Counted from the first letter of the stretch, positions 22,988 through 34,031 are shown. The stretch: DNA of 64,000 bases from an uncultured delta proteobacterium (GCA_963845515.1 CAWJSR010000050.1:32001-96000), one strand, 5' to 3'. Notes: generated by a model from the letters alone, not told the origin. Numbers and translations: made by a program.

Positions 22988-23401
22988 TCAGGTCGCCGCC
23001 GGCCGCCGGCTCGCGAGGATCTCGCGGATCCGCTCCACGAGCCGCTCCATGTCGAGCGGCTTCGCGAAGTAATCGATTGCGCCCGCGGCGCGGCCTGCCC
23101 GCTCGTCCTCGTCGCTCTTCCGGGCCGAGATGAAGACGACCGGGATGTCCGTGAAGCTCGGGTTCTGCTTGATCGCGCGGCAGAGCTCGAAGCCGTCGAT
23201 CCAGCTCATCATGATGTCGAGCAGGATCAGGTCCGGCCTGTCCACGTGCATCGCCGAGATGAGCCGCAGCCCGTTGGCCGCCGTCCGCACCTCGAACCCC
23301 TCCAGGTCGAGCGCCAAGGTCAGCATCTCGCGGGTGTCACGATCGTCGTCGACGATGATGATCTGGGGCCGCGCAGGGGGACCGCTCTCAGCGTCCGCCA
23401 T
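22988..23401 (-). CDS. Single-domain response regulator (CheY-like)
   Basis: IVDDD...[15 protein letters not shown]...VVFISA...DYFAKP. Confidence 0.92.
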   Translation of the reverse strand: MADAESGPPARPQIIIVDDDRDTREMLTLALDLEGFEVRTAANGLRLISAMHVDRPDLILLDIMMSWIDGFELCRAIKQNPSFTDIPVVFISARKSDEDERAGRAAGAIDYFAKPLDMERLVERIREILASRRPAAT

Positions 23402-23693
23402 CGCCGGCTCCCTTGCCCTGCCCGGGGTCGAAAGGGGCGACGTCGTCCTCGCCGGAGGCCGCCTTCACGAGCTGCTCCACGCGCCGCTCCGCGTCGTCGA
23501 GACGGCGGGCAGCGTCGCGAACGAGCCTCATCCCCTCGGCGAACTTCTCGATCGACTGCTCGAGGGTGAGCCCGCCCGACTCCAGCTCGCCCACCACCTG
23601 CTCGAGCCGCTCCACCACCTTGTCGTAAGGCTCCGGCGCGGCCTCGGCCGCCTTGCCGCCGCCACGCTCGCCCTGCTCGCCCTGCCGCGCCAT
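23388..23693 (-). CDS. xseB: Exodeoxyribonuclease VII small subunit
   Basis: [35 protein letters not shown]...[11 protein letters not shown]. Confidence 0.95.
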   Translation of the reverse strand: MARQGEQGERGGGKAAEAAPEPYDKVVERLEQVVGELESGGLTLEQSIEKFAEGMRLVRDAARRLDDAERRVEQLVKAASGEDDVAPFDPGQGKGAGDGGR

Positions 23694-25165
23694 CAGTGCT
23701 CGCCTCCGTTCCGCTTCATTACTGTCGGGGGGGCGGATGGGTCAACGCCCCCGGTGGCCGGATCCGCTCCCCTCGCGCCGTAAGGCAGCGGATCCTGGCC
23801 GGCGTCCCGTGCCAGCACCGACGCGTCGAGCCAGCCCTCGCCGAGCGCGATCCGCACCGGGTCGGCAGGGCGGACGTCCCCGCTCCTGGTCACGACCCTG
23901 CCGCCGGCCAGGACGAGCGCGAACCCTCGCGACAGCAGGCGGGCGACGTTGGCCGGCGCCAGCCGCCCGCCCAGCCGCTCCAGCCGCAGCCGCTCCCGCG
24001 GCAGCGCGGCCGGCCACGCCTCCAGCCTGCGCGCCGCCGCGTCTGCTCGCTGGCGCAGCCCCCGCAGCCGGGCGCGCGGCTCGCACCGCGCCAGCCGCCC
24101 GCGCAGGAGGTCGACCGCGCCTCTAGCGCGCCGCAGCGGATCCCGCGCGCCGCCCTCCACGCGGTGGAGCAGGTCGTCGAGGCGATGCCGCTCGCGCGCC
24201 ATCGCGTGTCCGGGGTCCCCCAGCTCGGCGCGCAGCGCGCGCAGCTCGCGGCGCCGGCCACCGACGGCCCCTTCGGCCGCGCGCTCCAGCCGTCCGCGCA
24301 GGACGGACAGCGTCCCCTCGAGCTCGGCCTTCTCCGGGATCACGAGCTGCGCGGCGTGCGTGGGGGTCGCGGCGCGGACGTCGGCGACGAGGTCGCAGAC
24401 GGTGACGTCCACCTCGTGCCCGACCGCCGACACCACCGGGACCGGACAGGCGGCCAGGACGCGCGCGAGCCGCTCGTCGTTGAACTCCCCGAGGTCCTCC
24501 GCGGACCCGCCGCCGCGCGTGATGACGATGACGTCCACGCCGCGTGCCGCCAGCGCGCGCACGGCCGAGACGACGGTCGCCGCCGCCCCCTCCCCCTGCA
24601 CGCGGCACGGGGCGATGAGCACCTGGGCATTCCCGAAGCGCCTGAGCACCACGTGGAGGAAGTCTCGCAGGGCGGCGCCGGTGGGGCTGGTGGCGACGCC
24701 GATCCGCCTCGGCAGGAATGGCAGCGGGCGCTTGCGAGCTGGATCGAGCAGCCCGTCCTTCTGGAGCCGCTCCTTCACCTGCGCCAGGAGGAGCGCCTGG
24801 GCGCCGGCGCCCCGCGGCTCGACCTCCTGGACGATGAGCTGGTACTTGCCGTGCGGCGGGTAGATCTCCACGAAGCCGCGCGTCACGACCTCCAGCCCCT
24901 CGGAGAGATCGAAGGGGACGCGGCGCGCCTGCGAGGACCAGAGCGCGCACGGGATCACCGCCTCGTCGTCCTTGAGCGTGAAGTAGACGTGGCCGCTCGC
25001 CTGCCGCCGCAGGTTCCCCACCTCGCCCGAGACCCAGACGTCACGGAACTTCGGCTCGATCGCCGCCCTCAGCGCGCGGGTGAGCTCCCCGACGCTCATG
25101 GGGCGAGGAGCGGCCCGGGCGAAGAGGTCGCCGGTGACCGGTGGAGGGGGTCGGGTTCGTGCCAT
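23693..25165 (-). CDS. xseA: Exodeoxyribonuclease VII large subunit
   Basis: VWVSGEVGN, SGHVYFTLKD, TSPTGAALRD, RGGGSAEDL, VSAVGHEVD, ATPTHAA. Confidence 0.97.
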   Translation of the reverse strand: MARTRPPPPVTGDLFARAAPRPMSVGELTRALRAAIEPKFRDVWVSGEVGNLRRQASGHVYFTLKDDEAVIPCALWSSQARRVPFDLSEGLEVVTRGFVEIYPPHGKYQLIVQEVEPRGAGAQALLLAQVKERLQKDGLLDPARKRPLPFLPRRIGVATSPTGAALRDFLHVVLRRFGNAQVLIAPCRVQGEGAAATVVSAVRALAARGVDVIVITRGGGSAEDLGEFNDERLARVLAACPVPVVSAVGHEVDVTVCDLVADVRAATPTHAAQLVIPEKAELEGTLSVLRGRLERAAEGAVGGRRRELRALRAELGDPGHAMARERHRLDDLLHRVEGGARDPLRRARGAVDLLRGRLARCEPRARLRGLRQRADAAARRLEAWPAALPRERLRLERLGGRLAPANVARLLSRGFALVLAGGRVVTRSGDVRPADPVRIALGEGWLDASVLARDAGQDPLPYGARGADPATGGVDPSAPPTVMKRNGGEH

Positions 25166-25245
25166 CGCCTCGACATCATAGCCCCCCGGCACCACGGCGC
25201 CCGCCGCTGCTGGCGGACGGTGACTTCCTGCCGCCCGGAAGTAGA

Positions 25246-27120
25246 ATGCGCGCCGTGCGCCGCGTCCTGATCGTCGAACCTCACCCGCCCACCAGCGAGT
25301 ACGTCTGCCGGGCCATCTCGGAGGCGGGGTTCGAGGCGATCCCGACGCAGGGCGCCGACGCGTGGGAGGCGTTCGCGGCGCGGCGCCCCGAGCTGGTCGT
25401 CTTCGCCTCCGACGAGCCGCTCGCCGCCGCGCTCTCGCAGCGCATGCGCGAGGCCGACCCGCGCGTCCTCGTGCTGGTCGCCGACAGGGAGCACCTCGGG
25501 AAGGCGCGCGGCCTCAAGGCCTGCGTGCCGATCAAGGCCAACGCCTACGTCGCCGATCCCACGCGCAAGGAGCTGGTCGAGAAGCTCCGGCTGCTCTCGC
25601 AGGCGGCGCCCCGGCCGCGCCTCCGCGGAGCGCCGCTCGTCCTGTCCCGGCAGCCCAGCGCGCAGGGCGAGATCAAGGCCGGCGTCGTCCCCCGCCTGCT
25701 GCACCAGGTCTGGCGGGCGATGTCCGAGGGGGTGCTCGTCCTGTCGGAGGGTGGGGCCGAGGAGCGCTTCTTCTTCCTGCGTGGCGTGCCGGTTGCCTAC
25801 GACTCCGACGACCCCACCGACTCGCTGCTCCGCCGGCTCTTCGAGTCCGGCCGGATGGATCTCGCCACGCACCAGGCGGCCCTGGATGCGCAGGCGAGCG
25901 GCCTCTCCCCCGGCGCAGCGCTCATCGCCGCGGGCGTCCTCGACCCCGGCGAACCGCTCACCGCCGCGCTGCGCGCCCACGTGAAGGCGATGGCGCTCCG
26001 CGCCACCGGCATGAAGAAGGGGCGCTGGCGCTTCCACGACGGCGCCGAGTTCGCCGGCCAGGTGCAGCCCGCCGAGATCCTCCCACTGCAGGCGATCCTA
26101 GAGGGGTCGCGGCTCCACCTGCCGGTCAAGCACTTCTCCGATGCGCTGAAGCAGGTCTCCGGCGCCTACCCTTCGCGGACCGGAGACTTCCAGCAGCTCC
26201 TGCCCGCCTGCGCGCTCGGGAGCGCCGATCTGCGGCTCGCGCTCGCGCTCGACGGGCGCTCGACGACCACCGAGTACCTGGAGTCCAGGAAGGGCGAGCT
26301 GAAGGACGCGCTGGGACTCCTGTGGTTCCTCTCCATGATCGGCGCGGTCGCCTTCCACGAGGCCCCGGCGGAGTCCCCCGCCTCGGGCCGCTACGGTGAC
26401 GCCCCGCCGCGAAGGAAGAAGCCGCTCCCACCCGACCGCGCGGAGGCCATCCGGCAGGCAGCCCTCCAGATCGTCCCCGGGACGCACCTGCACGCCCTCG
26501 GCGTCGACATCGCCGCCACGACTGCAGACGTCGAGCGGGCCTACACGGAGGTGGCGAGCCGGTTCCACCCGGACGGCTTCGCGGAGTACGAGGTCGGCGA
26601 TCTCGAGGACCTGCTCACCGCCATCCAGGGGAAGGTCACCGCGGCCTACCGGGTGCTGGGCGACGACGAGAAGCGGCGCGGGTACCTCGCCTTCCTGCTC
26701 CTGCAGTTCGAGCTCTCCGGCGCGCGCCGGCCCGGAATCGACCTGGACGCGGAGATCGCCCTGAAGCGCGGGGAGAAGGCGCTCCGCGCGCACCGCTTGG
26801 CCGAGGCCATCAACGCGTTCCGCGAAGCCGTGGAGCGCAACCCGAAGGAGCCCGAGTACCTGGCGATGCTGGCGTTCGCCAGCCTGCACGACCCGGTGCT
26901 GCCCCCCGGGCACCGCGCGGACGAGGCACGGAAGGCGGCGAAGCGGGCGCTGGCGATCACCCCGGACCACGCCCGCGCCATGTCGGTCCTGGCGCTCGCG
27001 GAGGAGGCGCGCGGCAACGTGAGCGACGCCCGCCGGATCGTGCTCGACGCCCTGCACGCCCACCCGGACAACGAGGTCGCGAAGGCGGTCCTGCACCGGC
27101 TGAACACGGTGCGGAGGTAG
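25246..27120 (+). CDS. Multidomain protein: pseudo-receiver + DUF4388-like + J-domain + TPR (start 25246 or 25255)
   Basis: RVLIVEPH...PELVVFA receiver-like; FFLRGVPV DUF4388-like; VERAY...SRFHPD J-domain; C-terminal TPR helices. Confidence 0.8.
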   Translation: MRAVRRVLIVEPHPPTSEYVCRAISEAGFEAIPTQGADAWEAFAARRPELVVFASDEPLAAALSQRMREADPRVLVLVADREHLGKARGLKACVPIKANAYVADPTRKELVEKLRLLSQAAPRPRLRGAPLVLSRQPSAQGEIKAGVVPRLLHQVWRAMSEGVLVLSEGGAEERFFFLRGVPVAYDSDDPTDSLLRRLFESGRMDLATHQAALDAQASGLSPGAALIAAGVLDPGEPLTAALRAHVKAMALRATGMKKGRWRFHDGAEFAGQVQPAEILPLQAILEGSRLHLPVKHFSDALKQVSGAYPSRTGDFQQLLPACALGSADLRLALALDGRSTTTEYLESRKGELKDALGLLWFLSMIGAVAFHEAPAESPASGRYGDAPPRRKKPLPPDRAEAIRQAALQIVPGTHLHALGVDIAATTADVERAYTEVASRFHPDGFAEYEVGDLEDLLTAIQGKVTAAYRVLGDDEKRRGYLAFLLLQFELSGARRPGIDLDAEIALKRGEKALRAHRLAEAINAFREAVERNPKEPEYLAMLAFASLHDPVLPPGHRADEARKAAKRALAITPDHARAMSVLALAEEARGNVSDARRIVLDALHAHPDNEVAKAVLHRLNTVRR

Positions 27121-27132
27121 GCCGAGAGGCTC

Positions 27133-28068
27133 CTACCCCGCCGCCCGAACGATCTCGGCCAGCGCCTTCACGAAGGAGGGCCTGGCGCCGAGCGCCGGGA
27201 CTCGCCGGTACGCGACGGCCCCGGCCTTCAGCGCCGCGTCCTTCGCGAGGATGTCCATGTCGTAGAGCGTCTCGAGGTGCTCCGACACGAACGCGACCGG
27301 CACGGTCACGATCGCGCGCCCCTGCGCGTTGGCGGCGAGGAACTCGTTGGTGTCCGGCCCCAGCCACTTCACCGGCCCGACGCGGCTCTGGTAGGTCAGG
27401 CGCCAGTCGGCGACGCCGGCGCGCCTCGCGGTCTCCCGCGCGGAGGCCTCGACCTGGTCCGGGTACGGATTGCCCTTCCGCACCTGGCTCATCGGCAGGC
27501 CGTGGGCGCTGAAGACCACGAGCGCCTTCTCTCGCTCCCCCGGCGCCAGCCCGGCGAGCGTCTCGCGCAGCGCCTCCGCCGACGCCTCCAGGTAGCCGGC
27601 GTGAGCGTGCCACTCGCGGACCTCCGCCAGCGGCCTCCCCGCCGGCCAGAGCCGCCTCAGCTCGAGGAGCGAACTGAGCGTCGTCGCGTTGGAGTACTGC
27701 GGGTAGAGCGGCAGCGCCACGGCACGCTCCGCGCCGGCGGCGAGCGCGTCGCGCACCCCCTCTGCGGTGCTGGGGTGGCCGGCGCGCATCGCCAGGTGGA
27801 CGGTGTACCCGTCGCCCAGCACCGCGGAGAGGGCGCGGCCCTGCTTCTCGGTCTCCTCGACCAGCGGGGACCGCCCGCCGATGAGCCCGTACTTCTCGGC
27901 CGACGACGGGGCGCGGAAGTGGCTGATGAGCTTCGCGAAGAGCGGCCGGAAGGGGCCGAAGGGAGCCGAGATGAGGAGCGGGTCGGAGAAGAGCTCGTAG
28001 AGGTAGGGCTCCACCTCTTCGAGGTTGCGGGGACCGCCGAGGTTGAGGAGGAAGACGGCGGTGGCCAC
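27133..28068 (-). CDS. hemH: Ferrochelatase
   Basis: LLNLGGP, LPLYPQYS, VFSAHGLP, YQSRVGPVKWLGP, FVSEHLETLYDMD. Confidence 0.96.
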   Translation of the reverse strand: MATAVFLLNLGGPRNLEEVEPYLYELFSDPLLISAPFGPFRPLFAKLISHFRAPSSAEKYGLIGGRSPLVEETEKQGRALSAVLGDGYTVHLAMRAGHPSTAEGVRDALAAGAERAVALPLYPQYSNATTLSSLLELRRLWPAGRPLAEVREWHAHAGYLEASAEALRETLAGLAPGEREKALVVFSAHGLPMSQVRKGNPYPDQVEASARETARRAGVADWRLTYQSRVGPVKWLGPDTNEFLAANAQGRAIVTVPVAFVSEHLETLYDMDILAKDAALKAGAVAYRRVPALGARPSFVKALAEIVRAAG

Positions 28069-28070
28069 GA

Positions 28071-29447
28071 TCAGACCGTCCGCGAGAACTGCGTCTTGGC
28101 GCCTTCCTTCTTGAGGTAGGCGTCGAAGAGCATGGCGACGTTGCGGACGAGCAGCTGGCCGAGCGGCGTCACGCGCAGGATCTGGCCGTCGAAGGTGACG
28201 AGGCCGTCGTCCTGCAGCTCCTTCACCCCCGCCTTGAGGTCGGTCTCGATGGCGCCGGCGGCCGCCCCGCCGAACTTCATGCCGACCTCGGCGAGATCGA
28301 GCTTCAGCAGGCACATGACCCGGTTGATGACGAAGCGCCGGAGCACGTCCTCGTCGGTGACCGCGATCCCCTTCGACACGGGGATGCTGCCCGCGCCCAC
28401 GAGGGCCTCCCAGTCCTTGAGCCTGTGGGCGTTCTGCGCGTAGCAGCCGCCCAGGTCCGAGATCGAGGTCATGCCGAAGGCGATGGTGTCGTCGGCGGGA
28501 CGCACCGTGTAGCCTTGGAAGTTGCGCGTGAGCACGCCCGCGTCCTGCGCGCGCGCCAGCTCGTCGCTCTCCAGCGCGAAGTGGTCGAGGCCGATGAGCC
28601 GGTAGCCGCTGCTGGTGAAGCTCTCGACCGCGGAGAGGAAGAGCTCGACGCGCTGCTCGATCTTCGGCAGCGCCTCCTGCGGCAGGAGCCGCTGGTGCGG
28701 CTTGGACCAGGGGACGTAGGCGAAGCCGAAGACCGCCATCCGGTCGGGATGCAGGGCGACGATCCGCGCCAGCGTCGACCTCCAGGTGTCGGGGGTCTGG
28801 TAGGGCAGGCCGTAGATGAGGTCGAGGTTCACGCCCTTGAAGCCGGCCTTCCGGGCGCTCTCGACGAGCTCGGCCGTCTCCTTCTCCCCCTGGATGCGGC
28901 CGACCACCTCCTGCACCTTCGCGTCGAAGTCCTGCACCCCCATCGAGATCCGGTTGAAGCCGAGCCCAGCGAGCACCTCGATCTGCGACTTGCGGGTGAT
29001 GGCCGGGTCGATCTCGATCGCCTTCTCGGCGTCGGCGGCGAACTGGAAATGGCGCGCGATGATGGCGTGGCAGCGGGCGAGCTGCTTCTCGTCGAGGAAG
29101 GTCGGCGTGCCCCCGCCCCAGTGGAGCTGCGTCACCGTCCGGCGGTGCGGCAGCTTCGCCGCCACCAGCGCGACCTCCTTCTCGAGCACGTCGAGGTAGG
29201 CGTCGGCGCGCGAGACGTCATGGGTGGCGATGACGTTGCAGCCGCAGAACCGGCACATCTCCTTGCAGAACGGGAGGTGCACGTAGATCGAGAGCGGGCC
29301 GGGCTGCACGTCCGCCCGGGCGAGGTGCAGCTCGAAGCGGTCCGCCCCGAAGTCGTCCTTCCACTCCGGCGCGGTCGGGTAGCTCGTGTAGCGCGGACCC
29401 GGCCGGTCGTACTTCCTGATGAGCTCCGAGGACGGAATCTGGATCAC
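28071..29447 (-). CDS. hemN: Oxygen-independent coproporphyrinogen III oxidase (radical SAM)
   Basis: GPRYTSYPTA, YVHLPFCKEMCRFCGC, HWGGGTPT, IGLDHFA, RNFQGY. Confidence 0.97.
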   Translation of the reverse strand: MIQIPSSELIRKYDRPGPRYTSYPTAPEWKDDFGADRFELHLARADVQPGPLSIYVHLPFCKEMCRFCGCNVIATHDVSRADAYLDVLEKEVALVAAKLPHRRTVTQLHWGGGTPTFLDEKQLARCHAIIARHFQFAADAEKAIEIDPAITRKSQIEVLAGLGFNRISMGVQDFDAKVQEVVGRIQGEKETAELVESARKAGFKGVNLDLIYGLPYQTPDTWRSTLARIVALHPDRMAVFGFAYVPWSKPHQRLLPQEALPKIEQRVELFLSAVESFTSSGYRLIGLDHFALESDELARAQDAGVLTRNFQGYTVRPADDTIAFGMTSISDLGGCYAQNAHRLKDWEALVGAGSIPVSKGIAVTDEDVLRRFVINRVMCLLKLDLAEVGMKFGGAAAGAIETDLKAGVKELQDDGLVTFDGQILRVTPLGQLLVRNVAMLFDAYLKKEGAKTQFSRTV

Positions 29448-29459
29448 GCGCGCTCCTTC

Positions 29460-30506
29460 TCAGACCTTCAGCGCCTGCACCGCCTCGACCACGGCCTTCA
29501 CCCGGGCTGGATCGGTCCCGGGCTGGATCCCGTGGCCGAGGTTGAAGATGTAGCCGGGAGCGGTCGCCCCCGCCCGGGCAACCTGGACGGCGCGCTCCAC
29601 CGCGACCTCGGTCGGGCCGAAGAGGATGGTCGAGTCGTAGTTCCCCTGGACGGCGACGTCGGGGATGCGCGCCCGGACCTCCTGGATCGGCGTGCGCCAG
29701 TCGACCGAGATCACGTCGAAGCCGAGCCCCGCCATCTTCTCGACGTGGCCGGTCGTCCCGGTGGAGAAGATGATGGAGGGGACGCCGGTCTTCCTGATGG
29801 CGGCCGCGATCTTCGCGAGGTAGGGGAAGCTGAACTCCTCGAGGTCCTCCCTCGCCAGCTCGCCGAGCCAGCTCTCGAAGACCTGCGCCGCGTGGGCGCC
29901 GGCGGCGATCTGCTCCTCGATCTGGACGATGGCCGCCTGGGTGAGCTTCTCGAAGAGGGCGTGGGCCGTCTTCGGGTCTGCGTAGAGCATCGTCTTGAGC
30001 CGCGTGAACCCCTGGCTCCCGCCCTCGACGGCATAGCTCGCGACGGTGAAGGGGCCGCCGACGAAGCCGATGAGCGGCACGCGGCCGGCGAGGCCGGCGT
30101 TGATGGCCCGGACCCCGTCGAGGACGTACGGGAGGTCCTTCTTCGGCTCCGGCACGCGGAGCGCGTCCACGTCGGCGCGCGTGCGGACCGGGTTCGCGAT
30201 CTTCGGCCCCCCGTCCCCCTTCCCCTTCTCACCCTTCTCGAACGAGAGGTCGAGCCCCATCGCCGGGAGGTGGACGAGGATGTCGGAGAAGAGGATCGCG
30301 GCGTCGAAGCCGATCTCGTCGATCGGCGCGATCGTCACCTGGGCGATCAGCTCCGGGGAGCGGCAGAGCTCCAGGAAGCCCACGTTCTGCCTGACGGCGC
30401 GATAGCTCGGCTGGTATCGGCCGGCCTGGCGCATCATCCAGACGGGGAGGCGGTCGACGGGCTGGCGGCGGCAGGCGCGGAGGAACCGATGGTCTTGTAT
30501 GGTCAT
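29460..30506 (-). CDS. hemE: Uroporphyrinogen decarboxylase
   Basis: PVWMMRQAGRY, DAAILFSDIL, IGFVGGPFT, FNLGHGI. Confidence 0.97.
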   Translation of the reverse strand: MTIQDHRFLRACRRQPVDRLPVWMMRQAGRYQPSYRAVRQNVGFLELCRSPELIAQVTIAPIDEIGFDAAILFSDILVHLPAMGLDLSFEKGEKGKGDGGPKIANPVRTRADVDALRVPEPKKDLPYVLDGVRAINAGLAGRVPLIGFVGGPFTVASYAVEGGSQGFTRLKTMLYADPKTAHALFEKLTQAAIVQIEEQIAAGAHAAQVFESWLGELAREDLEEFSFPYLAKIAAAIRKTGVPSIIFSTGTTGHVEKMAGLGFDVISVDWRTPIQEVRARIPDVAVQGNYDSTILFGPTEVAVERAVQVARAGATAPGYIFNLGHGIQPGTDPARVKAVVEAVQALKV

Positions 30507-30575
30507 GGAGGGGGTCGGATATTAGTCGAAGTGACGGTCGTGCAACACCTGCAAGCGCAGGGCGCGCTCCCCTCG

Positions 30576-30878
30576 TCAGGGGGTGAGCGCCTCCAGGGCG
30601 CCGGCCACGGTCGCCCCCGACACCTGGACGGTCTTCCGCCGGCCCGTCTCGCCGCGTGCGATCCTCACGTCGCCCTTCCGGACGCCCAGCGCGGACGCGA
30701 GGAACTCGATCAGCGCGACGTTCGCCTCGCCGTCCACCGGCGGCGCGGCCAGCTGGATCTTCAGCCGCCCGTCGTGCTCGCCGACGACGCGGGTCCGGGA
30801 GGCGCGAGGCTGGACCAGGATCTCCAGCACGACGCCGCCGGCGGTGTCGTGCGCCCAGCCCGGGGCCGCCGCCATCAC
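30576..30878 (-). CDS. DUF167 (YggU-like) protein
   Basis: VQPRASR...[15 protein letters not shown]...GETGRRK. Confidence 0.92.
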   Translation of the reverse strand: MMAAAPGWAHDTAGGVVLEILVQPRASRTRVVGEHDGRLKIQLAAPPVDGEANVALIEFLASALGVRKGDVRIARGETGRRKTVQVSGATVAGALEALTP

Positions 30879-31678
30879 CGGATCCCGAGCAGGACGAGCT
30901 TCGCCTTGTCGGCCTTCTCGATCATGCGATCGAGGTCCATCATCAGGGTCGCGCCTGCCTCGACCGCGAGCACGCGGCCGTTCGCCTCGCGGAGCGAGTC
31001 GACGGTGTCCGGACCGACCGCGGGAAGGTCGAAGCGCCGGTCCTGGCCGGGCTTCACCGCCTTGACCACCGTGAACCCCTCGCGCGCCAGCTCACCCCCG
31101 CGCCGGATGCACGCGTCGGTCCCCTCTAGCGCCTCGACCGCGACGCCCACGCGGTTCTTCACCACCACCGTCTGGCCGAGGTCGAGCCGTCCGATCCCCC
31201 GCGCCAGCTCGAGGCCGTAGCGGGCGTCGGTCAGCTCGTCCTCGGTCGGCGCGTGGCGCCCCATGACCCCCTCCTTCGCCAGGCGCTCCAGCAGGAACGG
31301 GGTGGGATCGACGATCGGCATGCCCTGCTCGTCGAGGAAGGCGGCGAAGGTCCGCAGGAGGTTGTCGTCCGAGCGGACCGCGACCCTGGCGAGGAGCCGG
31401 ACCCCGGTGGCGTCGAGCATCGCGTCGGCGAAGAAGCGCCGCTTCGTGATCGAGCCGAGCATCACTGTCTGCTGCGCCCCGCCGGCCTTGAGCCCTTCGA
31501 GCAGGTGACCGATCTGCCCCAGCTTGATCCAGGTGATCGCGTCGACCAGCTTCTCCAGGGCGGGGTCGGCCTCGCTGCTGTGCGCCACGGCGATGACGCG
31601 GTGGCCCGCGCGCCGCGCGCTCTCCGCGAAGAGGAGCGGGAAGCGGCCGCCGCCGGCGATGAGCCCGATCGTCGCCAT
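30875..31678 (-). CDS. lpxI: UDP-2,3-diacylglucosamine diphosphatase LpxI
   Basis: [39 protein letters not shown]; follows lpxA. Confidence 0.93.
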   Translation of the reverse strand: MATIGLIAGGGRFPLLFAESARRAGHRVIAVAHSSEADPALEKLVDAITWIKLGQIGHLLEGLKAGGAQQTVMLGSITKRRFFADAMLDATGVRLLARVAVRSDDNLLRTFAAFLDEQGMPIVDPTPFLLERLAKEGVMGRHAPTEDELTDARYGLELARGIGRLDLGQTVVVKNRVGVAVEALEGTDACIRRGGELAREGFTVVKAVKPGQDRRFDLPAVGPDTVDSLREANGRVLAVEAGATLMMDLDRMIEKADKAKLVLLGIR

Positions 31679-31684
31679 GCAGCC

Positions 31685-32458
31685 CTACCGCGTGACGCCG
31701 CGCTCCGACCCCTTGATGAAGGAGATGAAGTGGGCGACCTCGGGGTGCTGCCCGAGCTCGGACTCCAGCTGCGCGAGCGCCTCCGCGGTCTGGAGGTTCG
31801 AGCGGAAGAAGATCTTGTACGCCTGCTTGACCCGCCCGACCTGGTCCTCCGTGAAGCCGGCGCGCTGCAGCCCGACCGAGTTGATCCCCGCGAGCTCCGC
31901 GCGGGCGCCCGAGGCGAAGCAGTATGGCGGCACGTCCTTGACGATCCCGGTCATCCCGGAGACGAAGGCGAACCGCCCGATCCGGCAGAACTGGTGCGAG
32001 GCGGAGAGGCCGCCGAAGTGCACGTGGTCCTCGAGGATCACGTGACCGGCGAGCGCGACCGAGTTGGCGATGATGGCCCCGTCCGCGATCTGGCAGTCGT
32101 GGCCGACGTGGCTGTTCGCCATGAAGAGGCTGCCGTTGGCGATCCGGGTCACGCCCCCGCCGCCGACCGTCCCGGTGCTGATCGTGACGTACTCGCGGAA
32201 GGTGTTCCGGTCCCCGACCTCCAGCGTCGTCGGCTCCCCCTTGTACTTGAGATCCTGCGGCTGCGCGCCGACCACGCAGAAGGAGAAGAACCGGTTCTCG
32301 GCGCCGACCGTGGTGTGGCCCGTCACGACGGCGTGGTGCTGCAGGACGTTGCGCGGCCCCAGCTTCGCGTGCTGGCCGACGACGGCGTAGGCGCCGACCT
32401 CGCAGGACGGGTCGACCTGGGCCCCGGGCTCTATGACGGCGGTGGGATGGATGGCCAT
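31685..32458 (-). CDS. lpxA: UDP-N-acetylglucosamine O-acyltransferase
   Basis: IHPTAVIE, PQDLKYKGE, HVGHDC, HQFCRIG; hexapeptide repeats. Confidence 0.97.
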   Translation of the reverse strand: MAIHPTAVIEPGAQVDPSCEVGAYAVVGQHAKLGPRNVLQHHAVVTGHTTVGAENRFFSFCVVGAQPQDLKYKGEPTTLEVGDRNTFREYVTISTGTVGGGGVTRIANGSLFMANSHVGHDCQIADGAIIANSVALAGHVILEDHVHFGGLSASHQFCRIGRFAFVSGMTGIVKDVPPYCFASGARAELAGINSVGLQRAGFTEDQVGRVKQAYKIFFRSNLQTAEALAQLESELGQHPEVAHFISFIKGSERGVTR

Positions 32459-32483
32459 GTCGGCTCCTGGTCCGGGCGCGGCG

Positions 32484-32966
32484 CTACTTCGACGGCTCCT
32501 CGCGGTCGGCCAGCATGGCCATGAAGTCGCACTCGGCCACCACCTGCCCATCGACGATCGCCTTCGCCGTCTCCTTCCAGACGGCCCCCTTCTGCTTCGT
32601 CACCTCCACGTGGAGCTCCAGCCGATCGCCGGGCACCACCGGCTTGCGGAACTTCGCGCCGTCGATCCCCATCAGGTAGGTGATCTTGTCGGCGGCCGAT
32701 GGTCCGAGCGACATGATCGCGAGGAGCGCCCCGGCCTGCGCGAGCGCCTCGAGGATGAGGACCCCCGGCATCACCGGGTGACCGGGGAAGTGGCCCGTGA
32801 AGAAGGGCTCGTTCATCGTCACGCCCTTCCACGCGACCACCCGCTTGTGCTCCTCGAACTCGACGACGCGGTCGACGAGCAGGAACGGCGGGCGGTGCGG
32901 GAGGAGCTTCTGGATCCCCTCCACGTCGAGGATCGTGCTGGGGGTCTTCACGGTGGTTGCGTTCAT
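32484..32966 (-). CDS. fabZ: 3-hydroxyacyl-ACP dehydratase
   Basis: [36 protein letters not shown]. Confidence 0.97.
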   Translation of the reverse strand: MNATTVKTPSTILDVEGIQKLLPHRPPFLLVDRVVEFEEHKRVVAWKGVTMNEPFFTGHFPGHPVMPGVLILEALAQAGALLAIMSLGPSAADKITYLMGIDGAKFRKPVVPGDRLELHVEVTKQKGAVWKETAKAIVDGQVVAECDFMAMLADREEPSK

Positions 32967-34024
32967 CTTCCGTCCTTCGCCTTCTCGGCGCGGAGCTGGT
33001 CGACTTCCTTGCGCAGCTCGCGCAGCTCGCGGCGCATGTCTGTGAGGCGGTCGAACACCGCCGAGTTCCTGGCCCACTGCACGTCCGGCTTGGCCGGAGA
33101 CCCGGCGACGCGCGCCCCCGGCTCGACGTCGTGCCCGACGCCGGACTGGGCGTTGATGACTGCGCGATCGCCGATGGTGATGTGTCCGACGATGCCGACC
33201 TGTCCCCACGCGACCACGCCCATGCCGAGCCGGGTGGACCCGGAGATCCCCACCTGCGAGGCGATGATGCAGAGCGGGCCGACCTCGACGTTGTGGGCGA
33301 GCTGCACGAGGTTGTCGATCTTGGCGCCGCGGCCGATGCGGGTCACGCCGAGCGTTCCGCGATCGACGCAGCTGTTGGCCCCGATCTCGACGTCGTCCTC
33401 GATCACCACGTACCCGACCTGCGGCACCTTGTAGTGGCGCGGCCCCCGGCCGTCCCCCTGCATGTCGAGCGCGTAGCCGAAGCCGTCCGCCCCGATCACC
33501 ACGCCGGGCTGCAGGATGACGCGGTCCCCGACGACGCAGCGCTCCCGGATCACCACGTTGTGGTAGACGATGCAGTCGGCGCCGACCTTCACGTCCTGGC
33601 CGATGTGCGCCCCGGCGAACACGATCGTCCGGGGCCCGATCTCGGCCCCCGGGCCGATGCACGCGAGCGGCATCACCTGCGCGCTGGGGTGGACCACCGC
33701 GGTCGGGTGCACCACCGCCGAGGGCGCGATCTCCGGCAGCGGCTCCCGCGGCGGATGGAAGAGGGTCGAGATCTTCGCGAACGCGAGGTACGAGTTCTCG
33801 ACCACGAGCAGCGTCCGCCCTGCGGCGGCCTGGACGCCAGGCTCGACGAGCACGGCGCCGGCACGCGTCGCCTCGAAGGCCTTCCGGTACTTCTTGTTCG
33901 AGAAGAACGAGAGCTGCGACGGGCCGGCCACCTCGAGCGGCGCGATCCCCTCGATCGCGAGGGCGCCGTCCCCGATCACCGTCCCGCCGACCCGCCCGGC
34001 GAGCTCCTGGAGCGTGAAGCCCAT
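32963..34024 (-). CDS. lpxD: UDP-3-O-acylglucosamine N-acyltransferase
   Basis: MGFTLQELA start, [34 protein letters not shown]. Confidence 0.96.
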   Translation of the reverse strand: MGFTLQELAGRVGGTVIGDGALAIEGIAPLEVAGPSQLSFFSNKKYRKAFEATRAGAVLVEPGVQAAAGRTLLVVENSYLAFAKISTLFHPPREPLPEIAPSAVVHPTAVVHPSAQVMPLACIGPGAEIGPRTIVFAGAHIGQDVKVGADCIVYHNVVIRERCVVGDRVILQPGVVIGADGFGYALDMQGDGRGPRHYKVPQVGYVVIEDDVEIGANSCVDRGTLGVTRIGRGAKIDNLVQLAHNVEVGPLCIIASQVGISGSTRLGMGVVAWGQVGIVGHITIGDRAVINAQSGVGHDVEPGARVAGSPAKPDVQWARNSAVFDRLTDMRRELRELRKEVDQLRAEKAKDGR

Positions 34025-34031
34025 GGCGCGC

